Source: Jatrophihabitantaceae bacterium (lineage in GTDB: Bacteria > Actinomycetota > Actinomycetes > Mycobacteriales > Jatrophihabitantaceae). From it: a stretch of DNA of 64,000 nucleotides. The stretch lies in NCBI GenBank assembly GCA_036258135.1, contig DATAEG010000003.1:128-64127 (forward strand), written 5' to 3'. Both the position numbers and the translations under genes were made by a program. The notes under the pieces are model-generated. The model did not search any database. It saw nothing but the letters and a program-made list of their open reading frames with translations, and was not told the DNA's origin. Below are positions 31,654-42,333 of this stretch, one piece after another. Within the stretch, counting starts at the first letter, position 1. Every line of letters starts with the position of its first letter.

Positions 31654-32568
31654 GTGACGATGGCAGCGGCGCCCGAGGAACGTCCTGAGCGGCTGGGTCG
31701 CGGTGGCCTCGACATCGTCGTGGTGACGGGGCTCTCCGGAGCCGGTCGGAGCACGGCGGCCAAGTGCCTCGAGGACCTCGGCTACTTCGTCGTCGACAAC
31801 CTCCCGCCCGAGCTGCTGGCCACCATGGTCGATCTGGGCAGCCGCAGCCAGGGCGCGGTCACCCGCATCGCCGCGGTAATGGACGTGCGCAGCCGGGCGT
31901 TCAGCTCGGACCTGCGCGGCGTCATCGACGATCTCGACACGGCCGGATTGGCGCCGCGGGTGCTGTTCCTCGAAGCCAGTGACGGTGAGCTGGTGCGCCG
32001 GTTCGAGAGCGTGCGGCGCGAGCACCCGCTCCAGGGCGGTGGCCGGCTCACCGACGGGATTGCCGCCGAGCGACGTCTGCTGGAACCGCTGCGGGATGCC
32101 GCCGATCTGGTGGTCGACACGACCGGGCGTTCGGTGCACCAGTTGCGCCGGATGATCGAGACGAGCTTCGTCGCCGAGCGCACCGACCGGCCACCGTTGC
32201 GGGCCACCCTCGTGTCGTTCGGGTTCAAGTACGGCCTGCCGGTAGACGCCGACCTCGTCGTGGATGTGCGGTTCCTGCCGAACCCGTTCTGGATCCCCGA
32301 ACTGCGTGACCTGACCGGTCAGGACCACGCAGTGCGCGACTACGTCCTTGGGCAGAACGGGGCCGGCACGTTCCTGGACCAGTACACCGCGTTGCTGGAG
32401 ACCATCGGCGCCGGCTACAAGCGGGAGGGCAAGCACTTCCTGACGTTGGCCGTGGGATGCACCGGTGGTAAGCACAGATCCGTGACCATCGCCGAGGAGC
32501 TGTCGCGGCGGCTCAACGCGATGGACGTCCGGACCACTGTCGTGCACCGCGACCTCGGCCGTGAGTAG
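31654..32568 (+). CDS. rapZ: RNase adapter protein RapZ
   Basis: 304 aa. P-loop GLSGAGRS and C-terminal GCTGGKHRS motif. Confidence 0.92.
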   Translation: MTMAAAPEERPERLGRGGLDIVVVTGLSGAGRSTAAKCLEDLGYFVVDNLPPELLATMVDLGSRSQGAVTRIAAVMDVRSRAFSSDLRGVIDDLDTAGLAPRVLFLEASDGELVRRFESVRREHPLQGGGRLTDGIAAERRLLEPLRDAADLVVDTTGRSVHQLRRMIETSFVAERTDRPPLRATLVSFGFKYGLPVDADLVVDVRFLPNPFWIPELRDLTGQDHAVRDYVLGQNGAGTFLDQYTALLETIGAGYKREGKHFLTLAVGCTGGKHRSVTIAEELSRRLNAMDVRTTVVHRDLGRE

Positions 32569-32577
32569 CGGGGCCGA

Positions 32578-33582
32578 ATGAGCCAGCCACCGCGGATCGT
32601 CGCGCTGGGCGGTGGGCATGGGCTGTTCGCCTCGCTGTCGGCGCTGCGCCGGCTGACCACCGCACTGACCGCTGTCGTGACGGTGGCCGACGATGGGGGC
32701 TCCTCCGGCCGCATCCGACGGGAGCTGGGCGTGTTGCCGCCGGGCGACCTGCGGATGGCACTCGTCGCGCTCGCGGCCGAGCCGGACGGCGCCGGCCCGG
32801 GCTGGCATCCGGAGTGGCCAGAACTGTTGCAGCATCGCTTCGGCGGGTCGGGCGCACTGGCCGGCCACCCCGTCGGCAACCTGCTGCTCACCGGGCTGCT
32901 GGAGGAGCACGCCGACCCGGTGGCGGCCCTGGACGCCGCCGGCTCGATGATCGGCGCGGTCGGACGGGTACTGCCGATGAGCGCGTGGCCGCTCGACCTA
33001 GTCGCCGACGTCGCCACCTTCGATCGCGACGACCCGGTGCGGGTGCGACGCATCCGCGGCCAGTCCGCGATAGCCGCCACGCCCGGCCACGTGCGCGATA
33101 TCCGGCTCATCCCGGCGGACGCACCAGCCTGCGCGGCGGCTGTCGAGGCGGTCGAGACCGCGGATGCCATCGTCCTGGGCCCGGGCTCGTGGTTCACGAG
33201 CGTGATCCCGCACCTGCTCCTGCCGGGCTTGGCGGCCGCGCTCACCGGATCGGCGGCCCGCGTGATCGTCACACTGAACCTCGTCCCGCAGCCCGGCGAG
33301 ACCGAGGGTTTCTCGGCCACCGAGTATCTGAGCGCGCTCGAGCGTTACGCGCCCGCACTGCACGTCGACGCCGTCGTGGCCGACACCGATTCGGTCCCCG
33401 ACGAGGCCGAACTGGCAGCGTACTGCGGGTGGCGGCAGGCCGATCTCGTGCTGGCCCGGGTGTCCGGCGACGACGCGTGGGACCGCCACGATCCAGCCCG
33501 GCTGGCCACCGCGCTGAGGACGGCGCTGGGCCGCGTCCTCGACCCGGGACGTGCGCCCCGAGCTGAACGCGATGGGGCATGA
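32578..33582 (+). CDS. yvcK: YvcK/CofD-like gluconeogenesis factor (CuvA homolog)
   Basis: 334 aa. [28 protein letters not shown] motifs. Confidence 0.9.
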   Translation: MSQPPRIVALGGGHGLFASLSALRRLTTALTAVVTVADDGGSSGRIRRELGVLPPGDLRMALVALAAEPDGAGPGWHPEWPELLQHRFGGSGALAGHPVGNLLLTGLLEEHADPVAALDAAGSMIGAVGRVLPMSAWPLDLVADVATFDRDDPVRVRRIRGQSAIAATPGHVRDIRLIPADAPACAAAVEAVETADAIVLGPGSWFTSVIPHLLLPGLAAALTGSAARVIVTLNLVPQPGETEGFSATEYLSALERYAPALHVDAVVADTDSVPDEAELAAYCGWRQADLVLARVSGDDAWDRHDPARLATALRTALGRVLDPGRAPRAERDGA

Positions 33583-33632
33583 TGCACTCAGTTCTGGGCG
33601 AGTCGACGACGGCAAGCGTGGGGAGATCGGCC

Positions 33633-34610
33633 GTGGCTATGACGGCGGCGGTGAAGGACGAGTTGAGCCGGGTCACCGTGACCCGCAACTCGGCCCGCCG
33701 CGCCGAGATCGCCACCATGCTGCGCTTCGCCGGCGCTCTGCATCTCATCGGCGGGCACATCGTCATCGAGGCCGAGCTGGACACCGGCGCGGCGGCCCGA
33801 CGACTGCGCCGGGAGATCGCCGAGGTGTTCGGGCACGGCTCCGAGGTGCAGATGGTGGCCGCCGGCGGCCTGCGTAAGACGAGCCGCTACCTCGTCCGCG
33901 TGGTCAAGGACGGCGAGGGGCTGGCCCGTCAAGCCGGGCTGGTCGACCTGCGCGGCCGCCCGGTCCGCGGCCTGCCGCAGCACGTCGTGGCTGGCGGTGT
34001 GGCCGACGCCGAGGCCGCGTGGCGCGGTGCGTTTCTGGCGCACGGTTCGCTGACCGAGCCGGGACGCGCCGGCGCTTTGGAGATCACCTGTCCGTCCAAC
34101 GAGGCCGCTCTGGCGCTAGTCGGGACCGGGCGTCGGCTGGGGATCTCGGCGAAGGCGCGCGAGGTGCGCGGCGCCGACCGGGTGGTGGTCCGGGACGGTG
34201 ACGCCATCGGTGCGTTGCTCACCCGGCTGGGCGCGCACGAGAGCGTCCTGGCCTGGGAGGAGCGGCGGCTGCGCCGCGAGGTGCGCGCCACCGCCAACCG
34301 GCTGGCCAACTTCGACGACGCCAACCTGCGCCGCTCGGCTCGAGCCGCGGTGGCCGCGGGCGCCCGGGTGGAACGCGCCATGGAGATCCTCGGCGACGAC
34401 ATCCCCGAGCATCTGCTCCAGGCCGGTCAGCTTCGCCTCGAGCACAAGCAAGCCTCGCTCGAGGAACTGGGTTCATTGTCTGACCCGCCGATGACCAAGG
34501 ACGCGGTGGCTGGCCGGATCCGCCGTCTGCTGGCCATGGCCGACAAGAAGGCCGCCGACTGCGGCATTCCCAACACGGAGGCAGCGGTCACTCCGGAGAT
34601 GCTCGGCTGA
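33633..34610 (+). CDS. whiA: DNA-binding sporulation/cell-division regulator WhiA
   Basis: ORF 33579..34610. Homologs start at (V/M)[12 protein letters not shown], so GTG 33633 or ATG 33639 is preferred. ATG 33579 (ATGA overlap with yvcK) remains possible. Near-identical blocks to mycobacterial WhiA ([27 protein letters not shown]). Confidence 0.93.
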   Translation: MAMTAAVKDELSRVTVTRNSARRAEIATMLRFAGALHLIGGHIVIEAELDTGAAARRLRREIAEVFGHGSEVQMVAAGGLRKTSRYLVRVVKDGEGLARQAGLVDLRGRPVRGLPQHVVAGGVADAEAAWRGAFLAHGSLTEPGRAGALEITCPSNEAALALVGTGRRLGISAKAREVRGADRVVVRDGDAIGALLTRLGAHESVLAWEERRLRREVRATANRLANFDDANLRRSARAAVAAGARVERAMEILGDDIPEHLLQAGQLRLEHKQASLEELGSLSDPPMTKDAVAGRIRRLLAMADKKAADCGIPNTEAAVTPEMLG

Positions 34611-34680
34611 GGCGCTGTCGACACGGCGAGGTGGCCTGGCGACGACGAGAAAACTGCGACGTGGCGTCCGGAGGAAGGTT

Positions 34681-35619
34681 ATGACCGAGTCGACTGAGCC
34701 ATCCTCGTCCGAGGAGGTCCCGGAGAACCCACCATCCGGTCGGCTTGGCGAGTGGAAGGTCCGGGCTGAGCGATACCGATCCGAACTGGAGGGCCGGCCG
34801 CGCGTCGGCTTCCTGCTCCGCTCCATTCGCCGGTTCAACCAGATAGAGGGCAAACACCTGTCGCTGGTGATTGCGATGAACATGTTCGTCGCCATCATTC
34901 CGCTGTTCATCGTCGGCTACGCGATACTCGTGGCGTTCAACCCAGACCGCAGCTTCGGCTCCTTCGTCGTCAACGCTTTCCACCTCACCGGAAGCACCGC
35001 GGACACCGTCGAGGAGACCTTCAGCAACGCGCGTTCGGGCCGGAGCACCGCGTTGAGCATCAGCGTGATCTCATTGCTGATCACCGGGTTGGACGTGAGC
35101 GCGACGGTGCAGCTGGCCTATGCCCGGGCCTTCGGCGTGGCCCCGCTGGCCGGCCTGCGCAAATACCTTCGTGGCGGAGCCTGGCTGCTCATTTTGATGA
35201 CGGTCACGGCGATCGGCCTGGCCCTTCGTGCCACCGTCGCGGAGCGGTCCCACTGGGTCCTCGTGCTGGCAATACCGCTGTATCTGTCAGTTCAGTTCGG
35301 CTTCTATCTGGTGACGCCGCGTTTGCTGCTCGATCTTCCCTTCGCTTGGCGCAATCTCCTGCCCGGTGCGGCAGTCAGCACAGGTGCCGCGATCCTGGTC
35401 AGCGCCTTTTCGTCGTTCCAGTTGCACCGCTGGCTCAGCGGATACGGCCACGCATACGGCAGTTTCGGGATCGCCCTGTCGATCATCGCCTATGTCGGCC
35501 TCATCGCATTGTTCTGGGTGTGGATCGCCGCTGTGATGGGCACGTACTGGGAGAGCAAGGCAGGATCGGCCGCGGTGGCCGCGATGCAGGAGATGTCCGC
35601 CGAGAACGCCCGGTCCTGA
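34681..35619 (+). CDS. YihY/BrkB (virulence factor BrkB) family membrane protein
   Basis: 312 aa. About six hydrophobic helices and YihY-like spacing. Noticeably more A/T-rich than its neighbours. Confidence 0.7.
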   Translation: MTESTEPSSSEEVPENPPSGRLGEWKVRAERYRSELEGRPRVGFLLRSIRRFNQIEGKHLSLVIAMNMFVAIIPLFIVGYAILVAFNPDRSFGSFVVNAFHLTGSTADTVEETFSNARSGRSTALSISVISLLITGLDVSATVQLAYARAFGVAPLAGLRKYLRGGAWLLILMTVTAIGLALRATVAERSHWVLVLAIPLYLSVQFGFYLVTPRLLLDLPFAWRNLLPGAAVSTGAAILVSAFSSFQLHRWLSGYGHAYGSFGIALSIIAYVGLIALFWVWIAAVMGTYWESKAGSAAVAAMQEMSAENARS

Positions 35620-35674
35620 CCGCACCGCCTTCTGCACCATATACTGATGCAGACGGCGGTGTAACATGTGGTGC

Positions 35675-35989
35675 ATGAACAAGCGCCTCAGCGTCACGTT
35701 GGAACCCGCGGACGTGCGGGCATTGGACTCGGTGTCCGACCCGGCCTCGCCCGAGCGGCGTGCTCTCGCGGATTGGGCACGCGGTCGCGGCGTGGAATTT
35801 CCCGACTCGGCTTCGGAGGCTGCGCTTCTGCGCCTACTGGTCCGGGTGGGCGCGGATCACCTGCGGGCGTCCGCGCTGGATCTGGGCTACGCGCGTCTCG
35901 CGGTCGAGCTTGGGGCCGACGCCGCCGACGATTCCAGGCGGGCTCGGGATCGGTACGTGGATCGCACCGAGCGTCCGTTCGCCGGATGA
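35675..35989 (+). CDS. putative antitoxin of a MazEF/PemIK-like module
   Basis: 104 aa (MNKRLSVTLEPADVRAL..., RHH-like N-terminus). Its stop overlaps the toxin ATG (ATGA). Alternative ATG at 35666. Confidence 0.55.
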   Translation: MNKRLSVTLEPADVRALDSVSDPASPERRALADWARGRGVEFPDSASEAALLRLLVRVGADHLRASALDLGYARLAVELGADAADDSRRARDRYVDRTERPFAG

Positions 35990-36297
35990 CCGCGCTCCGT
36001 GGACAGGTCTTCCGCGTCGACCTCGGCTACGGGGCAAAACCGTGGCTGATCGTTAGCAACAACTCGAGGAATCGAAACCTGGAGTCCGTCCTAGCGGTGC
36101 GCATCAGCACCACCGGCAAGCATGCCCACCATCCGACAGTCATCGCGCTGACCCACGCCGATCCGCTGACCGGGTTCGTGCTGTGTGACGATCTCGTCCA
36201 GATATACCGCGACGAGCTGACCGCACCGCTGGGCACGTTGGCGCCCGCCACATTGGCGGCGGTGTCGGACGGCTTACGCGCCGCCCTCTCTCTGTAG
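35986..36297 (+). CDS. mazF: type II toxin-antitoxin system PemK/MazF family toxin
   Basis: 103 aa in ORF 35668..36297. RGQVFRVDLGYGAKPWLIVSNNSRN ... GFVLCDDLVQIYRDEL is typical of the MazF fold. Confidence 0.8.
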   Translation: MTALRGQVFRVDLGYGAKPWLIVSNNSRNRNLESVLAVRISTTGKHAHHPTVIALTHADPLTGFVLCDDLVQIYRDELTAPLGTLAPATLAAVSDGLRAALSL

Positions 36298-36347
36298 GCC
36301 GCAAGCCCGCCAAGACGGATTCGGATCGCGGCCGGGGTCCCCGCTAG

Positions 36348-37421
<1,074 letters not shown>

Positions 37422-37425
37422 CACG

Positions 37426-38634
37426 ATGCGCACGCTTCGCGACCTGATCAGGATCGGAGTCAAGGGCCGGCGCATCCTGCTGCGCAGCGACCTCAACGTC
37501 CCGTTGGACGAGTCGGGCCGGGTCACCGACGACGGCCGCATCCGGGCCGCCCTGCCGGTGATCTGCAACCTGCTCGACCACGGTGCCCGGGTCATCGTCG
37601 TCGCGCACCTGGGTCGGCCCAAGGGCGAGCCGGACGAGCGCTACTCGCTGCGACCTGTGGCCGACCGGCTGGCCCGGTTGCTCGGCCGCTCGGTTGACTT
37701 CGCGCTCGACACCGTCGGCGAGAGCGCCCGGCTGATGAGCAACGAGCTGCGCGACGGCAAGGTGCTGTTGCTCGAGAACGTCCGCTTCAATTCGGGCGAG
37801 ACGAGCAAGAACGACGCCGAACGCCAGGCGTTCGCCCGCGCGCTGGCGCTGCTCACCGGCGGCGAGGACGAAGGCGGCGCGTACGTCGACGACGCGTTCG
37901 GTGCGGTACATCGCAAGCACGCGAGCGTGTACGACGTGGCCGAGCTGTTGCCCCATTACACGGGCGACCTGGTGCGCGACGAAGTCCGGGTGTTGGCGCA
38001 GCTGACAGGCCAGCCGGACCGGCCCTACGTTGTGGTGCTCGGCGGCAGCAAGGTGAGCGACAAGCTCGGCGTCATCGACGCGCTGCTGCCGAGGGTCGAC
38101 CGGCTGCTCGTCGGCGGCGGCATGTGCTTCACGTTCCTGGCGGCACAGCGACACGAGGTCGGCGACTCACTCCTGGAAGCCGACCAGATCGAGACGTGCC
38201 AGCGGCTACTGACCGAAGCAGGGGACAAGATCGTGTTGCCCACCGACGTGGTGGTCGCCGAGCAGGTCAGCGCCGATGCCGACAGCAATGTGGTCGCCGC
38301 CGAGGCCATTCCGGCCGGCATGAAGGGCCTGGACATCGGCCCGGAGACGGTCAAGGCCTTCGCCGAGTTGCTGGCCGACGCTCGAACGGTCTTCTGGAAC
38401 GGCCCGATGGGTGTGTTCGAGGTGGCTCCGTTCGCCGCCGGCACTAGGGGCGTCGGCGAGGCGGTGGCCGCCAGCCACGGCATGACGGTGGTCGGTGGCG
38501 GTGACTCGGCGGCCGCGGTGCGGATCCTCGGCCTCGACGCGGAGGCGTTCACGCACATCTCCACCGGCGGCGGCGCCTCCCTCGAGTACCTCGAAGGCAA
38601 GAAGCTCCCCGGCCTCAAAGTCCTCGGCGCCTGA
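37426..38634 (+). CDS. pgk: phosphoglycerate kinase
   Basis: 402 aa. [27 protein letters not shown] motifs. Confidence 0.96.
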   Translation: MRTLRDLIRIGVKGRRILLRSDLNVPLDESGRVTDDGRIRAALPVICNLLDHGARVIVVAHLGRPKGEPDERYSLRPVADRLARLLGRSVDFALDTVGESARLMSNELRDGKVLLLENVRFNSGETSKNDAERQAFARALALLTGGEDEGGAYVDDAFGAVHRKHASVYDVAELLPHYTGDLVRDEVRVLAQLTGQPDRPYVVVLGGSKVSDKLGVIDALLPRVDRLLVGGGMCFTFLAAQRHEVGDSLLEADQIETCQRLLTEAGDKIVLPTDVVVAEQVSADADSNVVAAEAIPAGMKGLDIGPETVKAFAELLADARTVFWNGPMGVFEVAPFAAGTRGVGEAVAASHGMTVVGGGDSAAAVRILGLDAEAFTHISTGGGASLEYLEGKKLPGLKVLGA

Positions 38635-38635
38635 G

Positions 38636-38760
38636 AAGGCGATGAGCGCTTGCCCGAAGAACAGATCATCCGGACCTAAGGCGCCCATCCCGCGATGAGC
38701 GCTTGCGCGAAGAGCCAGATCGCCGGGCGCGGTGCCGAAGGCGCCGCATGCCAGCGAGCG
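38636..38760 (+). repeat. Family 2 intergenic repeats, about three degenerate tandem units (core GCGATGAGCGCTTGC(C/G)CGAAGA)
   Basis: Cores at 38638-38662 and 38691-38715, each unit opening with AAGGCG(CC). The same core occurs upstream of tal (46759-46783, minus strand). Confidence 0.65.
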
Positions 38761-38834
38761 AAGCGAGCTACCGACGCGACTGCCCGCCAGGGCGGGCGCG
38801 AGCATCGGTCCGCGATCATAAGAATTGGGCAATC

Positions 38835-39626
38835 GTGAACAAACGCGTTCCGCTGGTCCTCGGCAACTGGAAGATGAACCTGAACCACCTCGAGGCCATT
38901 GCGCTCACCCAGAAGATCGCCTACTCGTTGGCACCCGAGGTCATCGGTGCCGTCGAGGTCGCGGTCCTGCCGCCGTTCGTCGACCTGCGCAGCGTCCAGA
39001 CCCTCGTCGACGGAGAGCGGCTGGCGTTGGGCTACGGCGCACAGGACGTCTCGCCGTTCCCCTCCGGCGCATACACCGGCGACATCAGCGCAGGCATGCT
39101 GGCGGCGCTTGGGTGCACGTACGTGCTGACCGGCCACTCCGAACGGCGCCGCTACCACGGCGAAACCGACTCCGAAGTCAACGGCAAGGTGAAGGCGGCC
39201 TACGGTGCCGGGCTGGTGCCGGTCCTGTGTGTGGGGGAGTCATTGGACGTACGCGAGTCGGGCGGTCACTTGGCCCATAACCTGAGGCAACTGAAGGCCG
39301 GACTGGACGGGCTCGCGGCCGCTTCCGTGCAAACGCTCGTGATGGCATATGAACCCATCTGGGCGATTGGCACCGGTGAGGTGGCCACTCCGGAGGACGC
39401 CCAGGAGATGTGCGCGGAGCTACGTGCCAAGGTCGGCGATCTGTACGGGGCGGACCTCGCCACGGCGGCACGAATCCTGTACGGCGGATCGGTCAAGTCG
39501 GACAATGCCGCCGGGCTGTTCGGGGAATCGGACGTCGACGGCGCGCTTGTCGGGGGTGCCAGCCTCGATGCCGCGGACTTCGCAGGCATCTGCCGGGCGG
39601 CGGCGGGTCAGACAGTGGCGAGGTGA
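38835..39626 (+). CDS. tpiA: triose-phosphate isomerase
   Basis: GTG 38835 (VNKRVPLVLGNWKMN) in ORF 38703..39626. VLTGHSERR and AYEPIWAIGTG motifs. Confidence 0.94.
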   Translation: MNKRVPLVLGNWKMNLNHLEAIALTQKIAYSLAPEVIGAVEVAVLPPFVDLRSVQTLVDGERLALGYGAQDVSPFPSGAYTGDISAGMLAALGCTYVLTGHSERRRYHGETDSEVNGKVKAAYGAGLVPVLCVGESLDVRESGGHLAHNLRQLKAGLDGLAAASVQTLVMAYEPIWAIGTGEVATPEDAQEMCAELRAKVGDLYGADLATAARILYGGSVKSDNAAGLFGESDVDGALVGGASLDAADFAGICRAAAGQTVAR

Positions 39627-39704
39627 CTCGCGTTTGTTCGGTATTCTGGACCTTACGGCCGAGTAGCCTGCCGAAACCCTGATGACTTACGGAGTACCCG
39701 CTCG

Positions 39705-39941
39705 ATGATCTTTGCGCTGTCGGTCCTGCTGATTCTCGCCAGTCTCGCGCTCATCGTGTTGATCCTCCTGCACCGGGGCAAGGGCGGCGGTTTGTCGTCC
39801 ATGTTCGGCGGATCGTTCTATTCCAGCCTGTCCGGCTCGTCGGTGGTCGAGCGCAACCTGGACCGGATCACCATCATCGCCGGCGTCATCTGGACGGTAT
39901 GTGTCATCGGCTTGGGTGTGCTCTACAGAAATAACGGCTGA
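39705..39941 (+). CDS. secG: preprotein translocase subunit SecG
   Basis: 78 aa, two TM helices, LLHRGKGGGLS motif. Confidence 0.9.
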   Translation: MIFALSVLLILASLALIVLILLHRGKGGGLSSMFGGSFYSSLSGSSVVERNLDRITIIAGVIWTVCVIGLGVLYRNNG

Positions 39942-39971
39942 GTCTCGCGCGACGAGTGAGGAGCAGAAACC

Positions 39972-40316
39972 GTGGCAGGTGGTAGTGCGATCCGAGGCAG
40001 CAGAGTCGGTGCCGGACCCATGGGCGAGAAGGAGCGCGGCGAGTCCGCCCCCCGTCAGCGGGTCTCGTTCTACTGTGCTAACGGGCACGAGGTTCGCCCC
40101 GCCTTCGCGCTGGACGCGGTGATCCCGGACACCTGGGACTGCCCGCGGTGCGGTTTCCCCGCTGGACGTCAGCAGACCACTCCGCCGGACGCCCCTCATA
40201 CCGAGCCGTACAAGACGCATCTTGCCTACGTGAAGGAGCGCCGCACCGACGCCGACGGCGAGGCCATCCTCGAAGAGGCGCTGTACAAGCTGCGGGCACG
40301 GCGCGGCGAGGTCTGA
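39972..40316 (+). CDS. rbpA: RNA polymerase-binding protein RbpA
   Basis: 114 aa with a GTG start. IRGSRVGA, APRQRVSFYCANGHE and WDCPRCG, as in actinobacterial RbpA. Confidence 0.9.
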   Translation: MAGGSAIRGSRVGAGPMGEKERGESAPRQRVSFYCANGHEVRPAFALDAVIPDTWDCPRCGFPAGRQQTTPPDAPHTEPYKTHLAYVKERRTDADGEAILEEALYKLRARRGEV

Positions 40317-40513
40317 CCCGCGTTCAGGCCGGCGTGACCTCGGTGATCTGCAATAGGATCCGTCCCTGATTCGCCTCTCGCCCAAGGTCGACCGTCCCGT
40401 CACTTCGAGGATCATGACGTAGGAATGCCGATCCGGTTGATCATGGGCAGGTGCAGCAGCACCTTGACGATCGCGTTGACGACCCGGGGCTGAGCCGTTC
40501 CGACGTCAGCGCA

Positions 40514-41299
40514 CTAGGAGATCGCGGGCGGATGCAAGGACGCGGGCAGCCGGCTGGCGGCCGCCTCGTCGAGCAGCCAGAGTGTCCGGGACCGGCCGTG
40601 CGGCCCGGCGGCTGGCACCTGGACCCGGCCCGCGCCGCTGAGGGCCATGGCGACCGCGTCGGCCTTGGTCTCTCCGGACGCGACGAACCAGATCTGCTCG
40701 GCTTGGTCCAGCGCCGGGAACGTCAGCGAGAGGCGGATCGGCGGCGGCTTGGGGGAGTTGCGTACCGCGATGACGTAGGCCTCCGTCTCGTACACGCCGG
40801 GCTGTTCCGGGAACAACGAGCAGCAGTGCCCGTCCGGGCCGATGCCGAGCAGGATGACGTCGAAGTGCGGCACGTGGCCGCCCTGGTCGCGACGCGCGGC
40901 GGCGTCTAGCAGCCGGGCGTACCCGGCGGCCGCCGCCTCCGGGTCAGGCTGCGGGCCGTCCGACGCCGGCATCGGGTGGACGCGGGCCGGGTTGAACGGC
41001 AACCGGTCGAGCACGAGTCGCCGGGCCGGCAGCTCGTTACGGTGCGGGGAGTCGGCCGGGACGAAACGCTCGTCGCCCCAGTAGACGTCGACCTTGTCCC
41101 ACTCCACGGCGCCGTGTCCCGCGGATTCGCCAACGGCGCCGAGGACCTTCTCCATGATGCCGCCGCCAGTCAGGACGAGTGAGGCCGCGCCGCGCTCGTG
41201 CTGGGCGTGCGCCAACGTGGCGATCAGCCGAGCGGTCGCGTCCTGGGTGAGGTCGGCTTCGGTGGGAACGACGCGTACCTCGGCGGGAGCCCCCACCAC
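40514..41299 (-). CDS. pgl: 6-phosphogluconolactonase
   Basis: 261 aa with a GTG start. LVLTGGG, VYWGDERFVP and LLGIGPDGH motifs. Confidence 0.92.
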   Translation of the reverse strand: MVGAPAEVRVVPTEADLTQDATARLIATLAHAQHERGAASLVLTGGGIMEKVLGAVGESAGHGAVEWDKVDVYWGDERFVPADSPHRNELPARRLVLDRLPFNPARVHPMPASDGPQPDPEAAAAGYARLLDAAARRDQGGHVPHFDVILLGIGPDGHCCSLFPEQPGVYETEAYVIAVRNSPKPPPIRLSLTFPALDQAEQIWFVASGETKADAVAMALSGAGRVQVPAAGPHGRSRTLWLLDEAAASRLPASLHPPAIS

Positions 41300-41302
41300 C
41301 CA

Positions 41303-42298
41303 TCAGCCCGCTTCGGCGGCGCTGGCCTCGCCCTGATCGGCCAGCGCGGGGTCGTTCCAAACGTGGACGCGCTTCCCGGAGCGGTTGTTCAGCCCCTGGA
41401 TGCCGTTCACGGTGCCTAGGGCGTTGCCGTAGGTCTGGTCCGCGTCCAGCCGGCGCAGTTCCTCCGCGAGGAGGCCACCGAGCTCGCGCTGCGGGAACGG
41501 CGAGATCGTGTCCGGTTGGTTCTCGCGGCGCAGCACCATGCGGGCGCCGTCCCGGACGGCGAGGAACTTCGAGTCGTTCTCGAACCCCACCTCGACGCTG
41601 GATACGCCGTCATGGCCGTGCTCCTCGACCGGCACGTAGAAGCCGAGGCAGGCCGACAGCCATCCGGCCAGCAGCAACGCTGACGGGTCGCCGGGGTCGC
41701 CGTTGACGGAGGCTTGAGTGGCGTTGGCATGCACGGTGTCGAATGCGGAGGCCAGGGTGGCCCGCCACGGAGTGATCCGCGTCCAGGACAGGTCCGTGTC
41801 ACCCGGGGCGTAGTCGACGGTGCGTTGGCGCAACGCGGCCACCGGGTCGGGCGAGCGCACCGCGTCGGTGATCCGCCGTTCGGCGAAGACGCCGAGGGGG
41901 TCGTGGCTGATGCGGTCCGGCGGGGCGCCGTGCCACCACGTGACCACCGGCGCGTCGGGCGCCAGCAGCGGCAGGGTGACCGATTCAGCGTGCAGGGCCA
42001 GGCGGCCGTACATGCGCATCTCGACGGCTTCGCCCGGGCCGAGCCGGCCGCCGATGAGCACCTCTGCGTCCAGCCGGGGCACCGGCGCCTCGATCTGGCG
42101 CCGGATCACTAGCAGCATCCGCATTGGGTGCTTGCTGGCGGCGACGGTCGCCGCGGACTCGGCCTCGGCGACGTCGCTCTCGTCCACCACCACCACGAGC
42201 GTCAACGCCAGACCGCTGGTCACCGCGCCGCCGGTGCGCCGCTCGGCGGCGAGCGCGGCCACGACCGCGGTACCGGTGGTGTCCCACAAAGTCGTCAT
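41303..42298 (-). CDS. opcA: glucose-6-phosphate dehydrogenase assembly protein OpcA
   Basis: 331 aa from ATG 42296-42298 (MTTLWDTTG) with a GGAGG SD. The remainder of ORF 41303..43588 is an Arg/Pro-rich out-of-frame overlap with zwf. Confidence 0.9.
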   Translation of the reverse strand: MTTLWDTTGTAVVAALAAERRTGGAVTSGLALTLVVVVDESDVAEAESAATVAASKHPMRMLLVIRRQIEAPVPRLDAEVLIGGRLGPGEAVEMRMYGRLALHAESVTLPLLAPDAPVVTWWHGAPPDRISHDPLGVFAERRITDAVRSPDPVAALRQRTVDYAPGDTDLSWTRITPWRATLASAFDTVHANATQASVNGDPGDPSALLLAGWLSACLGFYVPVEEHGHDGVSSVEVGFENDSKFLAVRDGARMVLRRENQPDTISPFPQRELGGLLAEELRRLDADQTYGNALGTVNGIQGLNNRSGKRVHVWNDPALADQGEASAAEAG

Positions 42299-42333
42299 GA
42301 CTGAGCCTCCATTGGGCCGGGTACGGAGCCGGA

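Noticed and set aside
30153-32910. Two long minus-strand ORFs (30153-31763 and 31600-32910) antisense to uvrC and rapZ.
   Set aside because: They show no family signatures and have shadow-frame composition. The sense genes are unambiguous.
38703-38834. Possible longer tpiA start (ORF begins at 38703), which would make the family 2 repeats coding.
   Set aside because: The extension (MREEPDRRARCRRRR...) is Arg-rich with no TpiA homology. TpiA alignment starts at VNKRVPLVLGNWKMN (GTG 38835).
39687-40415. 242-aa minus-strand ORF covering secG and rbpA.
   Set aside because: It is antisense to two well-conserved small genes and shows no motifs.
40317-40513. The relatively A/T-rich 197-nt rbpA/pgl convergent spacer. 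It contains a short open frame continuing past the pgl stop (..PRVVNAIVKVLLHLPMINRIGIPTS).
   Set aside because: Only a 10-16 codon peptide could be initiated from an internal ATG or GTG, and no SD is present. The faint resemblance to holin-like helices is too short to support a call.
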